Made by a program: the position numbers and the translations under genes. Positions 24,165 to 32,807 of a stretch of DNA of 32,807 nt are shown in pieces (positions within the stretch are counted from its first letter, which is position 1; every line of letters begins with the position of its first letter). This stretch comes from a virus (taxonomy: Duplodnaviria; Caudoviricetes), in IMG/VR virus record IMGVR_UViG_3300030372_003948, positions 1-32,807 of that record. One strand, given 5' to 3'. The notes under the pieces are model-generated. The model saw only the letters and a list, made by a program, of their open reading frames with translations. It made no database searches and had not been told where the DNA came from.

Positions 24165-26201
24165 TTAAATCCTATCTGTGTAAGGATTAAATTCCTTTAT
24201 ATTTCTAGATGCACCATACTTTTTAAACCAGCTCTCTCGTACTCTAATTACACCATCTGGGTCCATGTTTTCAAAACCAGTTTTAGATGGATTAATACCA
24301 AAGGCTTTAGATAGCCAACCCTTTTCACGATTTGCAGTACCATCAGGTCTAAATAATAAGTCTTTTGCTCCCGGTGTTTGTCCAGTCATACGTCGTATTG
24401 GGTTCTTAGCTACAGTACCTATTCTTGACATTCCTGCTGGTGTTCTCTGGAGAGCCTCTGTTAATCCCATTTGTCGACTTGAACCTATAAATGGAACTAC
24501 TCCTACCCCTTGACCTGTTCCATCCCCAGTAAATGGTCCTCCTCCTTTAGCATATACAAAGCCTTTATCTACAGTATAGTCATTACCACCTACTTTATCT
24601 TTCCATTGTTGAGTAAGTGAAGCACCATCATTAAACATTGCTTCTAACATTTCCGCTAGTTCTTTAGTATTCTCTGGACTACCGGCACTTTCCATAATCA
24701 TACCAAATAAAGCATCACTAATCTCTTTGTTAGACATAGTAGATGTCATAGTAGTATAAGCTATATAACTATCACCCATAAAAAAACCTAAATCTGTCTG
24801 GAAACGAGTTCCTATTTGGTTACCTCTATCTGCCATAAGTTGTAATTCTGTACCTACTATAGTTGATGCTCTGTTCAATATATCTGTAGCTACTTCTAAA
24901 TCTAATTTTAATGTTTCATGCATATGTTTAAGTAGTAAATTAGCCATACCCGGTTGCATAGCAGCTCTAGCTCCTTCATAACCTGCCATTTCTACTATAG
25001 CAACAGTATGGTTTACTCTTTGTAACACACCTTCACTATCAAAAACTGGTATAATCTCTAAAGCTATTTCATATGGACCTCCTTCAGCTTTAGTTCCATC
25101 TGGAAATTGGAAAGCATAAGTAGCATCCTTGTAAGTATCATGTAAAAGTGCTTCACGGGCACGTGATATTGTCTGCATTGTAAAACCTTCTAATGTGTGA
25201 GGCGAAGGAGCTTTTTTTCCTCCTGTCATATCTCTATACATATGACCTGTTGTAGTTAAATATTCTTTAATCTTTTTGTTAATGGCATCAAATTTTTGTT
25301 GCATATTATCTCTAGTATCTGCTAGAAATTTTTCTGCTTTTTCTGCATCTGGTATATTTCCATAGTCACCCTTAACTCTATCTTCTGCAAAAAACTTAAC
25401 ATCTTTGGTAACCTCAAGACCTATAACTTTGTCAGATAATAAATCTCCTCTAGCATTTTGGTTTATAATACTAATCATGGCATGCATTTTTGTTAAATCT
25501 TCCATATCTTTAACAGACCAATCATATGTCTCTGGACTTAGTCCATATTTCTTACGATTTCCTATTACTGAAGTACCACCTTCCTCTGCTTTAGCGCGTG
25601 CCTCTTGCATAATAGCTTGTAGTTCTGGAACTTCACTTTCATAAAATAAATCTAATATGGCCTCTTCTTCCATCTCAGCGTCTTCTTTTTGAGACTGGGC
25701 CTCACCAGCATTCATAGAAGACACTATATTAGCTAATTCAGCTGCTATAGCTGTAGACCTTCTAAACATATCATTGTTTGGTGTAAAACGTAAATCGTCC
25801 ATCAGTTGGTCTGTGGGTGTTTGTCTATCTCTTAATTCTTTTCTTTGAAACTTTTCTGGACCAAATGCCACATATTCGTCTGCTTTTTTGTCATACATCC
25901 CATAACCGGGTGTAGCATCTCTTGCTTCTCCAGCCCTCGCTTCGTTATATCTTTCTATGTTTGGTTTAAAAGAATTTCCTGACATAGGTTTAGGTCTATA
26001 TGCCCAATCTGCTACACCAGACCTACCTTGTTCACTAAGATTAACTCGTGTAGGTACTAAAAAATCTGTTTGACTCCCAGCTAAACCCATTTTATACTGA
26101 GTTGTGAAGGGTATAAAGGGTAAATAACCCGTATTAATAATCGAAATGGCTTGACCTCTTTCAATAGTCTCACCTTTCGTTGGGAATTGTAATTTTGTCA
26201 T
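24165..26201 (-). CDS. 678-aa hypothetical protein in the neck-tail region
   Basis: Long ORF coupled to the tail terminator gene; no recognisable motif; no Cys; apparently largely helical. Confidence 0.85.
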   Translation of the reverse strand: MTKLQFPTKGETIERGQAISIINTGYLPFIPFTTQYKMGLAGSQTDFLVPTRVNLSEQGRSGVADWAYRPKPMSGNSFKPNIERYNEARAGEARDATPGYGMYDKKADEYVAFGPEKFQRKELRDRQTPTDQLMDDLRFTPNNDMFRRSTAIAAELANIVSSMNAGEAQSQKEDAEMEEEAILDLFYESEVPELQAIMQEARAKAEEGGTSVIGNRKKYGLSPETYDWSVKDMEDLTKMHAMISIINQNARGDLLSDKVIGLEVTKDVKFFAEDRVKGDYGNIPDAEKAEKFLADTRDNMQQKFDAINKKIKEYLTTTGHMYRDMTGGKKAPSPHTLEGFTMQTISRAREALLHDTYKDATYAFQFPDGTKAEGGPYEIALEIIPVFDSEGVLQRVNHTVAIVEMAGYEGARAAMQPGMANLLLKHMHETLKLDLEVATDILNRASTIVGTELQLMADRGNQIGTRFQTDLGFFMGDSYIAYTTMTSTMSNKEISDALFGMIMESAGSPENTKELAEMLEAMFNDGASLTQQWKDKVGGNDYTVDKGFVYAKGGGPFTGDGTGQGVGVVPFIGSSRQMGLTEALQRTPAGMSRIGTVAKNPIRRMTGQTPGAKDLLFRPDGTANREKGWLSKAFGINPSKTGFENMDPDGVIRVRESWFKKYGASRNIKEFNPYTDRI

Positions 26202-26202
26202 T

Positions 26203-26712
26203 CTATCTATCGTTTTTAAATACTATAATCATGCCTGTGGTAGCAGCAAATAGTTCTAAATTTGGGTCATAACCTATTTCTTTAAATCCTGTGTGGTATC
26301 TTGAAACTATTTCAGTATTACTAGGATTAAATGTACAGTCATTAACTATGTTTGCGATAGATAACATCATATAATTTAAAAGTTTACGTTGTTTAAATCC
26401 ATTTCCAGTTCCATTATCAAGAGTAGATTCTCCATCCACAATTGCATGAATCTGAAATGCAGCACCATATAACTCACCACGAGTGTCATCAAATACTTGT
26501 CCTAAAAATTGTTCTTCTATACCATTAGCAACCATTTGTACTACTATACATGGGTACTGTGCTTCTTCAGGTTCTGGAAATTGACCAAATACCTTAACTG
26601 AACCATTACTCCATGCTGTTGCGTCTACTGGGTCTATCCCAGTTTTATATGTACCTGTACGTAAATTATCTATAATAGTACGTTCTATGTAATTCAAGTG
26701 GTCAGGTGCCAT
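26203..26712 (-). CDS. Probable tail terminator / tail completion protein
   Basis: Size, position and VKVFGQFP....YPCIVVQ...FQIHAIV pattern typical of SPP1 gp17 / lambda gpU-like proteins. Confidence 0.7.
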   Translation of the reverse strand: MAPDHLNYIERTIIDNLRTGTYKTGIDPVDATAWSNGSVKVFGQFPEPEEAQYPCIVVQMVANGIEEQFLGQVFDDTRGELYGAAFQIHAIVDGESTLDNGTGNGFKQRKLLNYMMLSIANIVNDCTFNPSNTEIVSRYHTGFKEIGYDPNLELFAATTGMIIVFKNDR

Positions 26713-27731
26713 TAGTCGTATGCCCTCCTTCTTGAATCACGTGCACCAGTAACTCGTACACAGTTAAAAATCATATAATCTCTATTCAATTCTTTAGCAG
26801 AATGAACATGCCAAGATAATGATTTATAAAATCTTAAACCTTTAATATAAACTTTATTACCAGAAGCTGCACCAGAAATATCAAACTCAAATTTTCTAAA
26901 ATCAGATTCATCATCGAAACTGGCACCACTTGCCATAGTTACAGCAAAACGATTACCTTCTTTATATATAGTAGTTCCATCAGATATACTACCACTAGCA
27001 AAAGGTACATCTATTGTTAACCAACTTCCTGTAGGTATTGTAAGCGTAGTAGCTGGAGTATAAGACAAAAACTGAGTACTAGTTCCACCGTTATATGTAG
27101 CAAACTTTTCAAGCTCTATACTGCTTGCTCCACTAACCTTTATGTCAAATTGAAATCTATCTGCTTCAAGAGTGTTTGTAGCAGCTGTAGCATAATTGAT
27201 TGTGCCTGAATAATCTGTACCTAATGTAGCTGTAAGTGTTTGCCCATCAGACTCAAATGTAGCATCTGCACTACCAGAAGCCCAATTAGTCGTAGCATTA
27301 GTAGGAACTTGATAAATATAGCGACCTATATCAATAAATCTATCCCATCCCTCTATCTCATTAAAGACAATGTTCGATTTCCCTACCGTTTGGTCAAAAT
27401 TATTCACGTTTACTGAAGCATCATCCAAGATAGGGTTCTTAATTGTTTGAATATTGGGTGTGTAAACTCTAGCAGCGCCTACAATATTATGACCAGACTT
27501 TTGTAGTTGATAGTCCGCAGTCATGCTAGGGCGTATTAGAGCTGATAACCTTGGCATAAGAATCTCTGGTGTATTTACCACTGTAGTTTCTACGCCATAA
27601 CTATCTTTATTATAAATAGGAGGTCTATAGTATGTAACTATTCTACTCTGTTCGCTTCTATATCTCAAGTGACGTAATACACGTCCCATATTAATAGAGC
27701 CCGGTCTAACACCTTGCTGATTAAGAATCAT
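26712..27731 (-). CDS. Probable head-closure protein with an inserted beta-sandwich domain
   Basis: Follows the adaptor. IVTYYRP...DSYG...ALIRP...GAARVYT...GWDRF and C-terminal WHVHS...YMIFNCVR resemble SPP1 gp16-like proteins, separated by ~165 extra residues. Confidence 0.6.
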   Translation of the reverse strand: MILNQQGVRPGSINMGRVLRHLRYRSEQSRIVTYYRPPIYNKDSYGVETTVVNTPEILMPRLSALIRPSMTADYQLQKSGHNIVGAARVYTPNIQTIKNPILDDASVNVNNFDQTVGKSNIVFNEIEGWDRFIDIGRYIYQVPTNATTNWASGSADATFESDGQTLTATLGTDYSGTINYATAATNTLEADRFQFDIKVSGASSIELEKFATYNGGTSTQFLSYTPATTLTIPTGSWLTIDVPFASGSISDGTTIYKEGNRFAVTMASGASFDDESDFRKFEFDISGAASGNKVYIKGLRFYKSLSWHVHSAKELNRDYMIFNCVRVTGARDSRRRAYD

Positions 27732-28185
27732 AATGTACCCCTCTCACTGGAGGATACATTGTCTTAGTAGCATCGACACCAGTAACGTTTTTGTCCCAAT
27801 TGACTTGTCCAAGGTATGGAGCTGCATTGTATGTAGTTGTCTTAATACTGAGTCCGAGTTTCATAGCTAACATTTGGTTAGCAAGAGTTGCATACATTTC
27901 ATAATCTGATGTATCATAATAAACTTGTAAATCTCCTACTGTTATACGGTCTATACCGACACCATTTTGGGCTAAACACCCTAGATAACAGGTATAATAT
28001 ATAACTGCCATATCATAAGAGTTACTTGAATTAAGTGTATAAGTGAGGCCAGTGTTTTCTTGGAACCATTCTGCTGATATATTGGCTAATATGTCAAGAG
28101 TATCGTTGTCTAATTCCTCTTGTTCTATACCTGCCAACAGGCGTACCCTATTTCTAAATTGTGTATTCCACGTAAATGTTTCCAT
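27721..28185 (-). CDS. Probable head-tail adaptor (connector) protein
   Basis: 154 aa; helical VRLLAGI...ELDNDTL...AVIYYTCYL then hairpin ITVGDLQVYY, typical of SPP1 gp15 / HK97 gp6-like adaptors. Confidence 0.7.
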   Translation of the reverse strand: METFTWNTQFRNRVRLLAGIEQEELDNDTLDILANISAEWFQENTGLTYTLNSSNSYDMAVIYYTCYLGCLAQNGVGIDRITVGDLQVYYDTSDYEMYATLANQMLAMKLGLSIKTTTYNAAPYLGQVNWDKNVTGVDATKTMYPPVRGVHYDS

Positions 28186-28186
28186 A

Positions 28187-28393
28187 TTACATCATCCCCC
28201 ACGCGCCCATGCCTGTAGCTGCGGTAAGTGCGACACCAACTAACCATCTTACTTGACGTTTGAGGTCGTTTTCCCACATTTCATGATGAGCTAAGTGATT
28301 CGTAAAGAGTGTTTCGAATTTATCCATTCTATTATAAATGGTCTTGACGCGTTCGTCAATGCGAATCAATAGTATTTTATCTGTCTCGTCCAT
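28187..28393 (-). CDS. Small coiled-coil protein with C-terminal transmembrane helix (holin/XhlA-like)
   Basis: LLIRIDERVKTIYNRMDKF coiled coil followed by hydrophobic WLVGVALTAATGMGAWGMM. Confidence 0.6.
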   Translation of the reverse strand: MDETDKILLIRIDERVKTIYNRMDKFETLFTNHLAHHEMWENDLKRQVRWLVGVALTAATGMGAWGMM

Positions 28394-28407
28394 ATTTAAA
28401 CCTTTGC

Positions 28408-31400
28408 TTATGTTACTAACTCCGTATTTCTATCTAAATCACTACCTAAACGTACGTCTCGGTCATCTGCTGTATCTGCGTCTAACATTTGCCCTGTATC
28501 AATAGTAGGGTTCCATCTATGTATATCTCCAGTACAGTTAGTTACGTTTCCTAATACTGTTAATTCTTCATTTGTAACATCTAAGTTTTCTATGTTACCT
28601 ACAACCGAGAAATCATTTTGAGATTGGAAGTTAGTCCCTGCGCTAGAACCTGAAACGGTTGCGCCGGGGCCTACTGTAAATGTATTAGATGGATAAGAAA
28701 ACTGTAAACCACCAGCTGTGTTTGTGAACCATAAATCTCCAGCACTCATAATAAACTTACCACCTGCACTATCACTATATCTCATAGTTCCACATTTAAG
28801 ATTATAATCTGCGGCATCTGTTTGATAAGCAGCATTGTTCCAATATCCTGTGACTTCTTGATTTGCAGCTAACGTCGTATCAGTACCATTAATAAAATAT
28901 TCCCATTTTACTTCTTTAGCGATTGTTGCATCGTGATAGTATACTACATACGTACTACTTAAGTCTACTGGATATGAAGCTCCAGATACAGATAAACCAC
29001 TATTATTTACTGCACCAGTGCCAGTTTTCCATGACCATCTCCAACTGAGACCACTACCTCTAGCCAATGTACCAGCACCTTTATATAAATTAGTGTTAAT
29101 ATTAATATAACCAGTTGATAATCGTGTTATTGTTGTAGTTTTGGTTGCAGCGGCACATTTTAAAATATTAAAATCTATGTCACCATTCATAGTTAAAGTA
29201 CCAGTTCCTGTCATATCAACTGTGGAAGTTCCTTGTGTAAATGTTCCTGTTCCTGCCCAAGCTCCATTAGATATTGTTCCTGTGTGACTTCCTACTTCAG
29301 AAGCTACTGAAGTCCCCGTTCCTTCATCAAACTGCCACCATCCTTTACAACCTGTGTTGCTGTCTAAACTAGCAAAATCTGAAAACATCTTAGCTCTTAT
29401 TTGGGTTGTTGTTAAAGCTACATTCCAGAAAGAAGCTGAATCATATAAACCTGCAAAATATTTTTCATTACCTGAGCGATATCCTCCAAGATAAATGTCT
29501 GCACCTGAGCCATTTAATGTTCCTGTCCAAGCACCTTCTGAATCTAATTTACCATCTATATAAGTATACATCTTGTTATTAGAACCATCCATAACAAAAG
29601 CAATGTGATGCCATTTGTTATCAACAGTAATAGTAGTATTGCCTTCCATATCTGTCCAACCACCACCGCCAGAATCATATAATGAAAATCTAGGTTTATT
29701 TGTAGAGTTTTCAAAAATTTGTAAACTAAATGAAGAACTTTGTCCCATAAAGTTTCTGTCTGCTGAAATGTCATCTATTTTATACCAACCCATCCAAGTT
29801 GCATTTGTTAAACTGTCAAAGTCTGAAGCGTCGCTTACTGTGCAAGTTGTAGAACTTCCATCCATATCTAAACCACTCTTACCAATAAGACCACCACTGA
29901 GAGTTAAATCTCCTGTTACTTCTACTGTACCTCCTTGGTCATTGTCACTATATGTGCCTCCTGTTGTTATTATTAAATTTTCTACAGAACTTGTACCACC
30001 AGTACTTCGAAGCTCACCACAACCAATAAGTGTTTTAGTTCCAAATCTTTGACTTGTTGTGTTTGTAGCAAAAGTTGAGTCGTTAATCATTAACGTTCTA
30101 AATGGCGAGCCCGGATAGTCGTTAAATGTACCTTTAGTGTTAATCAAAACATCACACAAATTTGGAGTTGTACCATCTAATACACCGTCGTGGTCCATAC
30201 CGCCATTCAATTCTAACAAACCGTTAAAAATCATTTTACCACCAGTAGGTGCAGCAGAAGGTATTGTCAACAAACCACTTGTTGTCATCCTATTACCATT
30301 CATATCAAAAGTATCTCCACCACTCACTGTTACGGCATCAAACTCACAATCTCCTGTAAGTGTTATCTTAGCTGTATTACTTCCACCTTTATCTGTTTCA
30401 AGGTCAGTTTGAAAATCTATATTGGCAAGTTCTGTTCCTGCTGCACCACTTCCATAATCCCAATACCAATCATTACTTGTGACCTTACAAGGATTTACAG
30501 TAGATGCACCTTGTATTATACATTTAGCTGATGAACCCGGATTTAGTCTAAATCGACTATCGTATGCACTTTCAATAGTTCCTTGAGCTGTTGAGCTTCC
30601 CATTGTCATTGTAACGTTTGCACCTGCTCCATTAGCATCTACAATCCAATAATCAGTAGAATCTGTTAAGTCTAATGTACCAAGAATTATTATATCTTCT
30701 TGTAATTTAGTATCGTGACCGCTGGTTGTGTCTAAATCTATATTATTAAATGTAGCACCACCCGGTAAAAGAGTTTGGTGGTCACCAGAACCAGTAATTG
30801 TTACTTTACCATTATTGTGCGTAAATGTTCCATTTATATCAAGGATTGTGCCAGTGCCAGTAATAGTAGTAGTTCCGCTTGTTGCTTTAAGTTCTCCTCC
30901 ACTTTCTATTGTAACACTTCCGAATGAAATACCACTTGTTTGTGTTTGAGTTATACCACCGAATGTGTTATTTGCTCCAATACTAAGGTCTCCTTGAATA
31001 TCTATTAACGGAGTTGCAGTTCCTAATGTAGTATCAAAATCTCCATCAGTAAGTGTGCAGTCGTTTGTTACAGTAAATCCTTCATCGTTTGTAGAATAAA
31101 CACCACCTGCTGATGATTCATCAAAAATAACATTGTAAAAATCCTGACCAGCAGTTCCCATTCTTATTGATGTTGTTGTAGGTGTTTTGAAAGTTACCGT
31201 TCCTGTATTATCAACAAATGCTCCTGAAACTCGTCTAAATGCATATCCATCTCCTAAACCTGAGCTACCTTCTCCAGTTATATTTAACATTCCTGAACCA
31301 TCAGGAGCATTAAAAGTTCCTCCTTCAATTAATAAATTTCCTACCGTTACTGTTGAGGAGTTGCTTGTAAATGTTCCTTGTGAATGCAATTCTCCTGTTA

Positions 31401-32805
31401 CTGTAAGTGCAAGGTCAGTTCCAGACGTACTTAAAGTTCCTGCCGTGATTGTCAAGTTACCTTCACAAGTTAAATCTTGATTTAAGGTCATAGTGTTTCC
31501 ATTTGAATTAATTATTACATTATGGGGCTTAGGAGTTCCAAGTCTAAAATATATTCTTGATGACGGCCCTGTAAATGTTATAGTCCCGTCTGCGTTATCA
31601 AAAGTTGCTGCATCTTGAACAACGATATTATAATTCTCTCCACTGTGTTCTCCATTAATTGTAGTAACTCCACTTGTCAGTGTGCATTTAGCTGCTGCAT
31701 TATCATAAACATTTAAACTTCCTAAAGTATGTGTTCCGCTACCACCAACAAAAGTTCCACCTTGTTTTACATACACTCCGTAAGCACTGGATGTAATTCC
31801 AGAACCTAAACTTATTGCCGAAGCATTACAAGTTAATGTTGCTTGGTCTGCTGCACCGCTGTCTGGGCCTATTCTTGTAATTCCTGTTACTGTAAGGTTA
31901 CTATCAGAGTCTCCACCTGTATCTAATGTTCCTGCTGTTATTGTAAGATTATTATCAAATTCAGCACCTGTTTTCAAATAATAAGTTTTCCCTGAAGCAT
32001 TAATAATTGCATTGTATAAAGGGTGGTCATGTAAACCATAGAATTGAGTTGAAGTACTTGTTAAAGTAGCTCCTGTAAAGGTTACCAAACCATTAGAATG
32101 AGAAAAAGTAGCATTTTGATAAACTGTCCAAGCAAAACCGTAAGAACCTGAACTGGCGTTTTCAGCTGTCACAATAGTGCCGTTTGCATGTGTTGTAAGT
32201 TTAGTAACACTAGCTGCGCCATTTTCATTAGCATAAGAACCAAAAGTATGTTCCCCTGTTGGTGCTGCACCTGAACTACCTTCAAAGGTTCCTCCTATTC
32301 TTACCCAAACTGCATAACTAGCAGTATATGATGCACCTAAACTTAACGTAGAAGCACCAGCATAAAATATAGCTTCTCCTACTGATGAACTTCCATCTCC
32401 TATTATTGTTTTTCCTGCTACTGTAAGGTCTGAACTATTAGGGTTAAATATACCCTTTGTAATTACTAAATTATTAATATTGTTAGTCGCTGCATTACAA
32501 AGTACAGTATCTGTTTTATTGTCACAATTAATAATTAAATCAAAAGTACCCGAACTTGGTCTGAAATCTTGTGAGACGGCTCCAGTATTATTACCATTAT
32601 ATTCTAAAACAACTGTTCCAGTAAATACTGCTGAGCTTCCTAAATCAATAATACGAAGATTACCTGTTTTTTGGACAATTATTTTACCACCAGTATCTGC
32701 AATAGCATCGCCAGTACCTTCTATCTTACCGACACCTCCATTAGATTCTCCTAATCTACCACAAGTAACTGTGTTAGTGCCATAATCTAACTTAGCTGCT
32801 GCGTT
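28408..32805 (-). CDS. Giant repeat-rich virion surface protein with LamG domain (5'-truncated, >1465 aa)
   Basis: I checked the frame from 32173 to 32805 and found no stop, so the gene runs off the window. Beta-solenoid-like G/T repeats; LamG pattern TWMGWYK...DNKWHHIAFV...YIDGKLD...YFAGLYD...FWNVALT...WQFDEGTG. Confidence 0.85.
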   Translation of the reverse strand, partial: NAAAKLDYGTNTVTCGRLGESNGGVGKIEGTGDAIADTGGKIIVQKTGNLRIIDLGSSAVFTGTVVLEYNGNNTGAVSQDFRPSSGTFDLIINCDNKTDTVLCNAATNNINNLVITKGIFNPNSSDLTVAGKTIIGDGSSSVGEAIFYAGASTLSLGASYTASYAVWVRIGGTFEGSSGAAPTGEHTFGSYANENGAASVTKLTTHANGTIVTAENASSGSYGFAWTVYQNATFSHSNGLVTFTGATLTSTSTQFYGLHDHPLYNAIINASGKTYYLKTGAEFDNNLTITAGTLDTGGDSDSNLTVTGITRIGPDSGAADQATLTCNASAISLGSGITSSAYGVYVKQGGTFVGGSGTHTLGSLNVYDNAAAKCTLTSGVTTINGEHSGENYNIVVQDAATFDNADGTITFTGPSSRIYFRLGTPKPHNVIINSNGNTMTLNQDLTCEGNLTITAGTLSTSGTDLALTVTGELHSQGTFTSNSSTVTVGNLLIEGGTFNAPDGSGMLNITGEGSSGLGDGYAFRRVSGAFVDNTGTVTFKTPTTTSIRMGTAGQDFYNVIFDESSAGGVYSTNDEGFTVTNDCTLTDGDFDTTLGTATPLIDIQGDLSIGANNTFGGITQTQTSGISFGSVTIESGGELKATSGTTTITGTGTILDINGTFTHNNGKVTITGSGDHQTLLPGGATFNNIDLDTTSGHDTKLQEDIIILGTLDLTDSTDYWIVDANGAGANVTMTMGSSTAQGTIESAYDSRFRLNPGSSAKCIIQGASTVNPCKVTSNDWYWDYGSGAAGTELANIDFQTDLETDKGGSNTAKITLTGDCEFDAVTVSGGDTFDMNGNRMTTSGLLTIPSAAPTGGKMIFNGLLELNGGMDHDGVLDGTTPNLCDVLINTKGTFNDYPGSPFRTLMINDSTFATNTTSQRFGTKTLIGCGELRSTGGTSSVENLIITTGGTYSDNDQGGTVEVTGDLTLSGGLIGKSGLDMDGSSTTCTVSDASDFDSLTNATWMGWYKIDDISADRNFMGQSSSFSLQIFENSTNKPRFSLYDSGGGGWTDMEGNTTITVDNKWHHIAFVMDGSNNKMYTYIDGKLDSEGAWTGTLNGSGADIYLGGYRSGNEKYFAGLYDSASFWNVALTTTQIRAKMFSDFASLDSNTGCKGWWQFDEGTGTSVASEVGSHTGTISNGAWAGTGTFTQGTSTVDMTGTGTLTMNGDIDFNILKCAAATKTTTITRLSTGYININTNLYKGAGTLARGSGLSWRWSWKTGTGAVNNSGLSVSGASYPVDLSSTYVVYYHDATIAKEVKWEYFINGTDTTLAANQEVTGYWNNAAYQTDAADYNLKCGTMRYSDSAGGKFIMSAGDLWFTNTAGGLQFSYPSNTFTVGPGATVSGSSAGTNFQSQNDFSVVGNIENLDVTNEELTVLGNVTNCTGDIHRWNPTIDTGQMLDADTADDRDVRLGSDLDRNTELVT

Positions 32806-32807
32806 TG

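Larger units (their letters stand above)
1..32807. mobile_element. Fragment of a tailed dsDNA virus genome, probably archaeal (siphovirus-type; Magrovirus/halovirus-like organisation)
   Basis: Replication module (PolB, AEP primase, class II RNR) converges on a neck-tail morphogenesis module (adaptor, closure, terminator, tube, chaperones, tape measure, hub). No cellular housekeeping genes or integrase in the window. PIP box and TATA boxes point to an archaeal host. Confidence 0.9.

Noticed and set aside
22721-26201. Contractile tail (sheath plus tube) interpretation of the 678-aa gene
   Set aside because: No sheath-like motifs recognised and no baseplate wedge (gpJ/gp25-like) genes in the tail operon; cannot be fully excluded without structure prediction.
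10832-32785. Numerous + strand ORFs of 60-145 aa opposite the structural genes (e.g. 12305-12700, 29615-30052, 32480-32785)
   Set aside because: Antisense shadows of long - strand genes with biased codons; no recognisable motifs or expression signals.
1-32807. CRISPR arrays, tRNA genes, diversity-generating retroelement repeats, integrase/att sites, terminal repeats
   Set aside because: Intergenic gaps are all under ~90 nt and show no such structures; no reverse transcriptase or recombinase; the repeats in the giant protein are diverged protein-level repeats.
1-32807. Stop-codon reassignment or alternative genetic code
   Set aside because: Genes tile the window almost without gaps under the standard code, and TAA, TAG and TGA all end genes at coupled junctions.

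Overview
This window is a gene-dense, AT-rich fragment of a tailed dsDNA virus (Caudoviricetes, probably siphovirus-type: it has a tape measure and tube proteins, and no sheath gene is visible). The host is most likely an archaeon: PolB ends in a PCNA-interacting (PIP) box, the primase is an archaeo-eukaryotic PriS fused to a PriL-like domain, promoters have TTTATATA boxes, and Shine-Dalgarno sites are GGAG/GTGAT type. The organisation resembles marine euryarchaeal (Magrovirus-like) or halovirus-like genomes; this is inference only. There are two convergent modules. The + strand (1-8867) carries PolB, an Sm/Hfq-like protein, a GT4 glycosyltransferase, a degenerate HAD protein, the fused primase, a cluster of microproteins (three missed by the ORF track) and a class II ribonucleotide reductase. 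The - strand (32807-8864) carries a giant repeat/LamG protein, a holin-like protein, adaptor, head closure, tail terminator, a 678-aa orphan, two paralogous tail tube proteins, tail chaperones with a -1 frameshift signal, the tape measure protein, two large tail-tip proteins and a hub protein. The most notable signals are: apparent absence of GATC and CCWGG (all 17 Pro-Gly pairs are recoded to CCS-GG); a glycosyltransferase/pseudo-phosphatase/Sm-like cassette between polymerase and primase; non-canonical catalytic motifs in both replicative enzymes; a putative carbohydrate-binding domain inserted in the head-closure protein; and a 16-bp promoter shared by both modules. All protein calls come from reading motifs by eye; no database searches were run.
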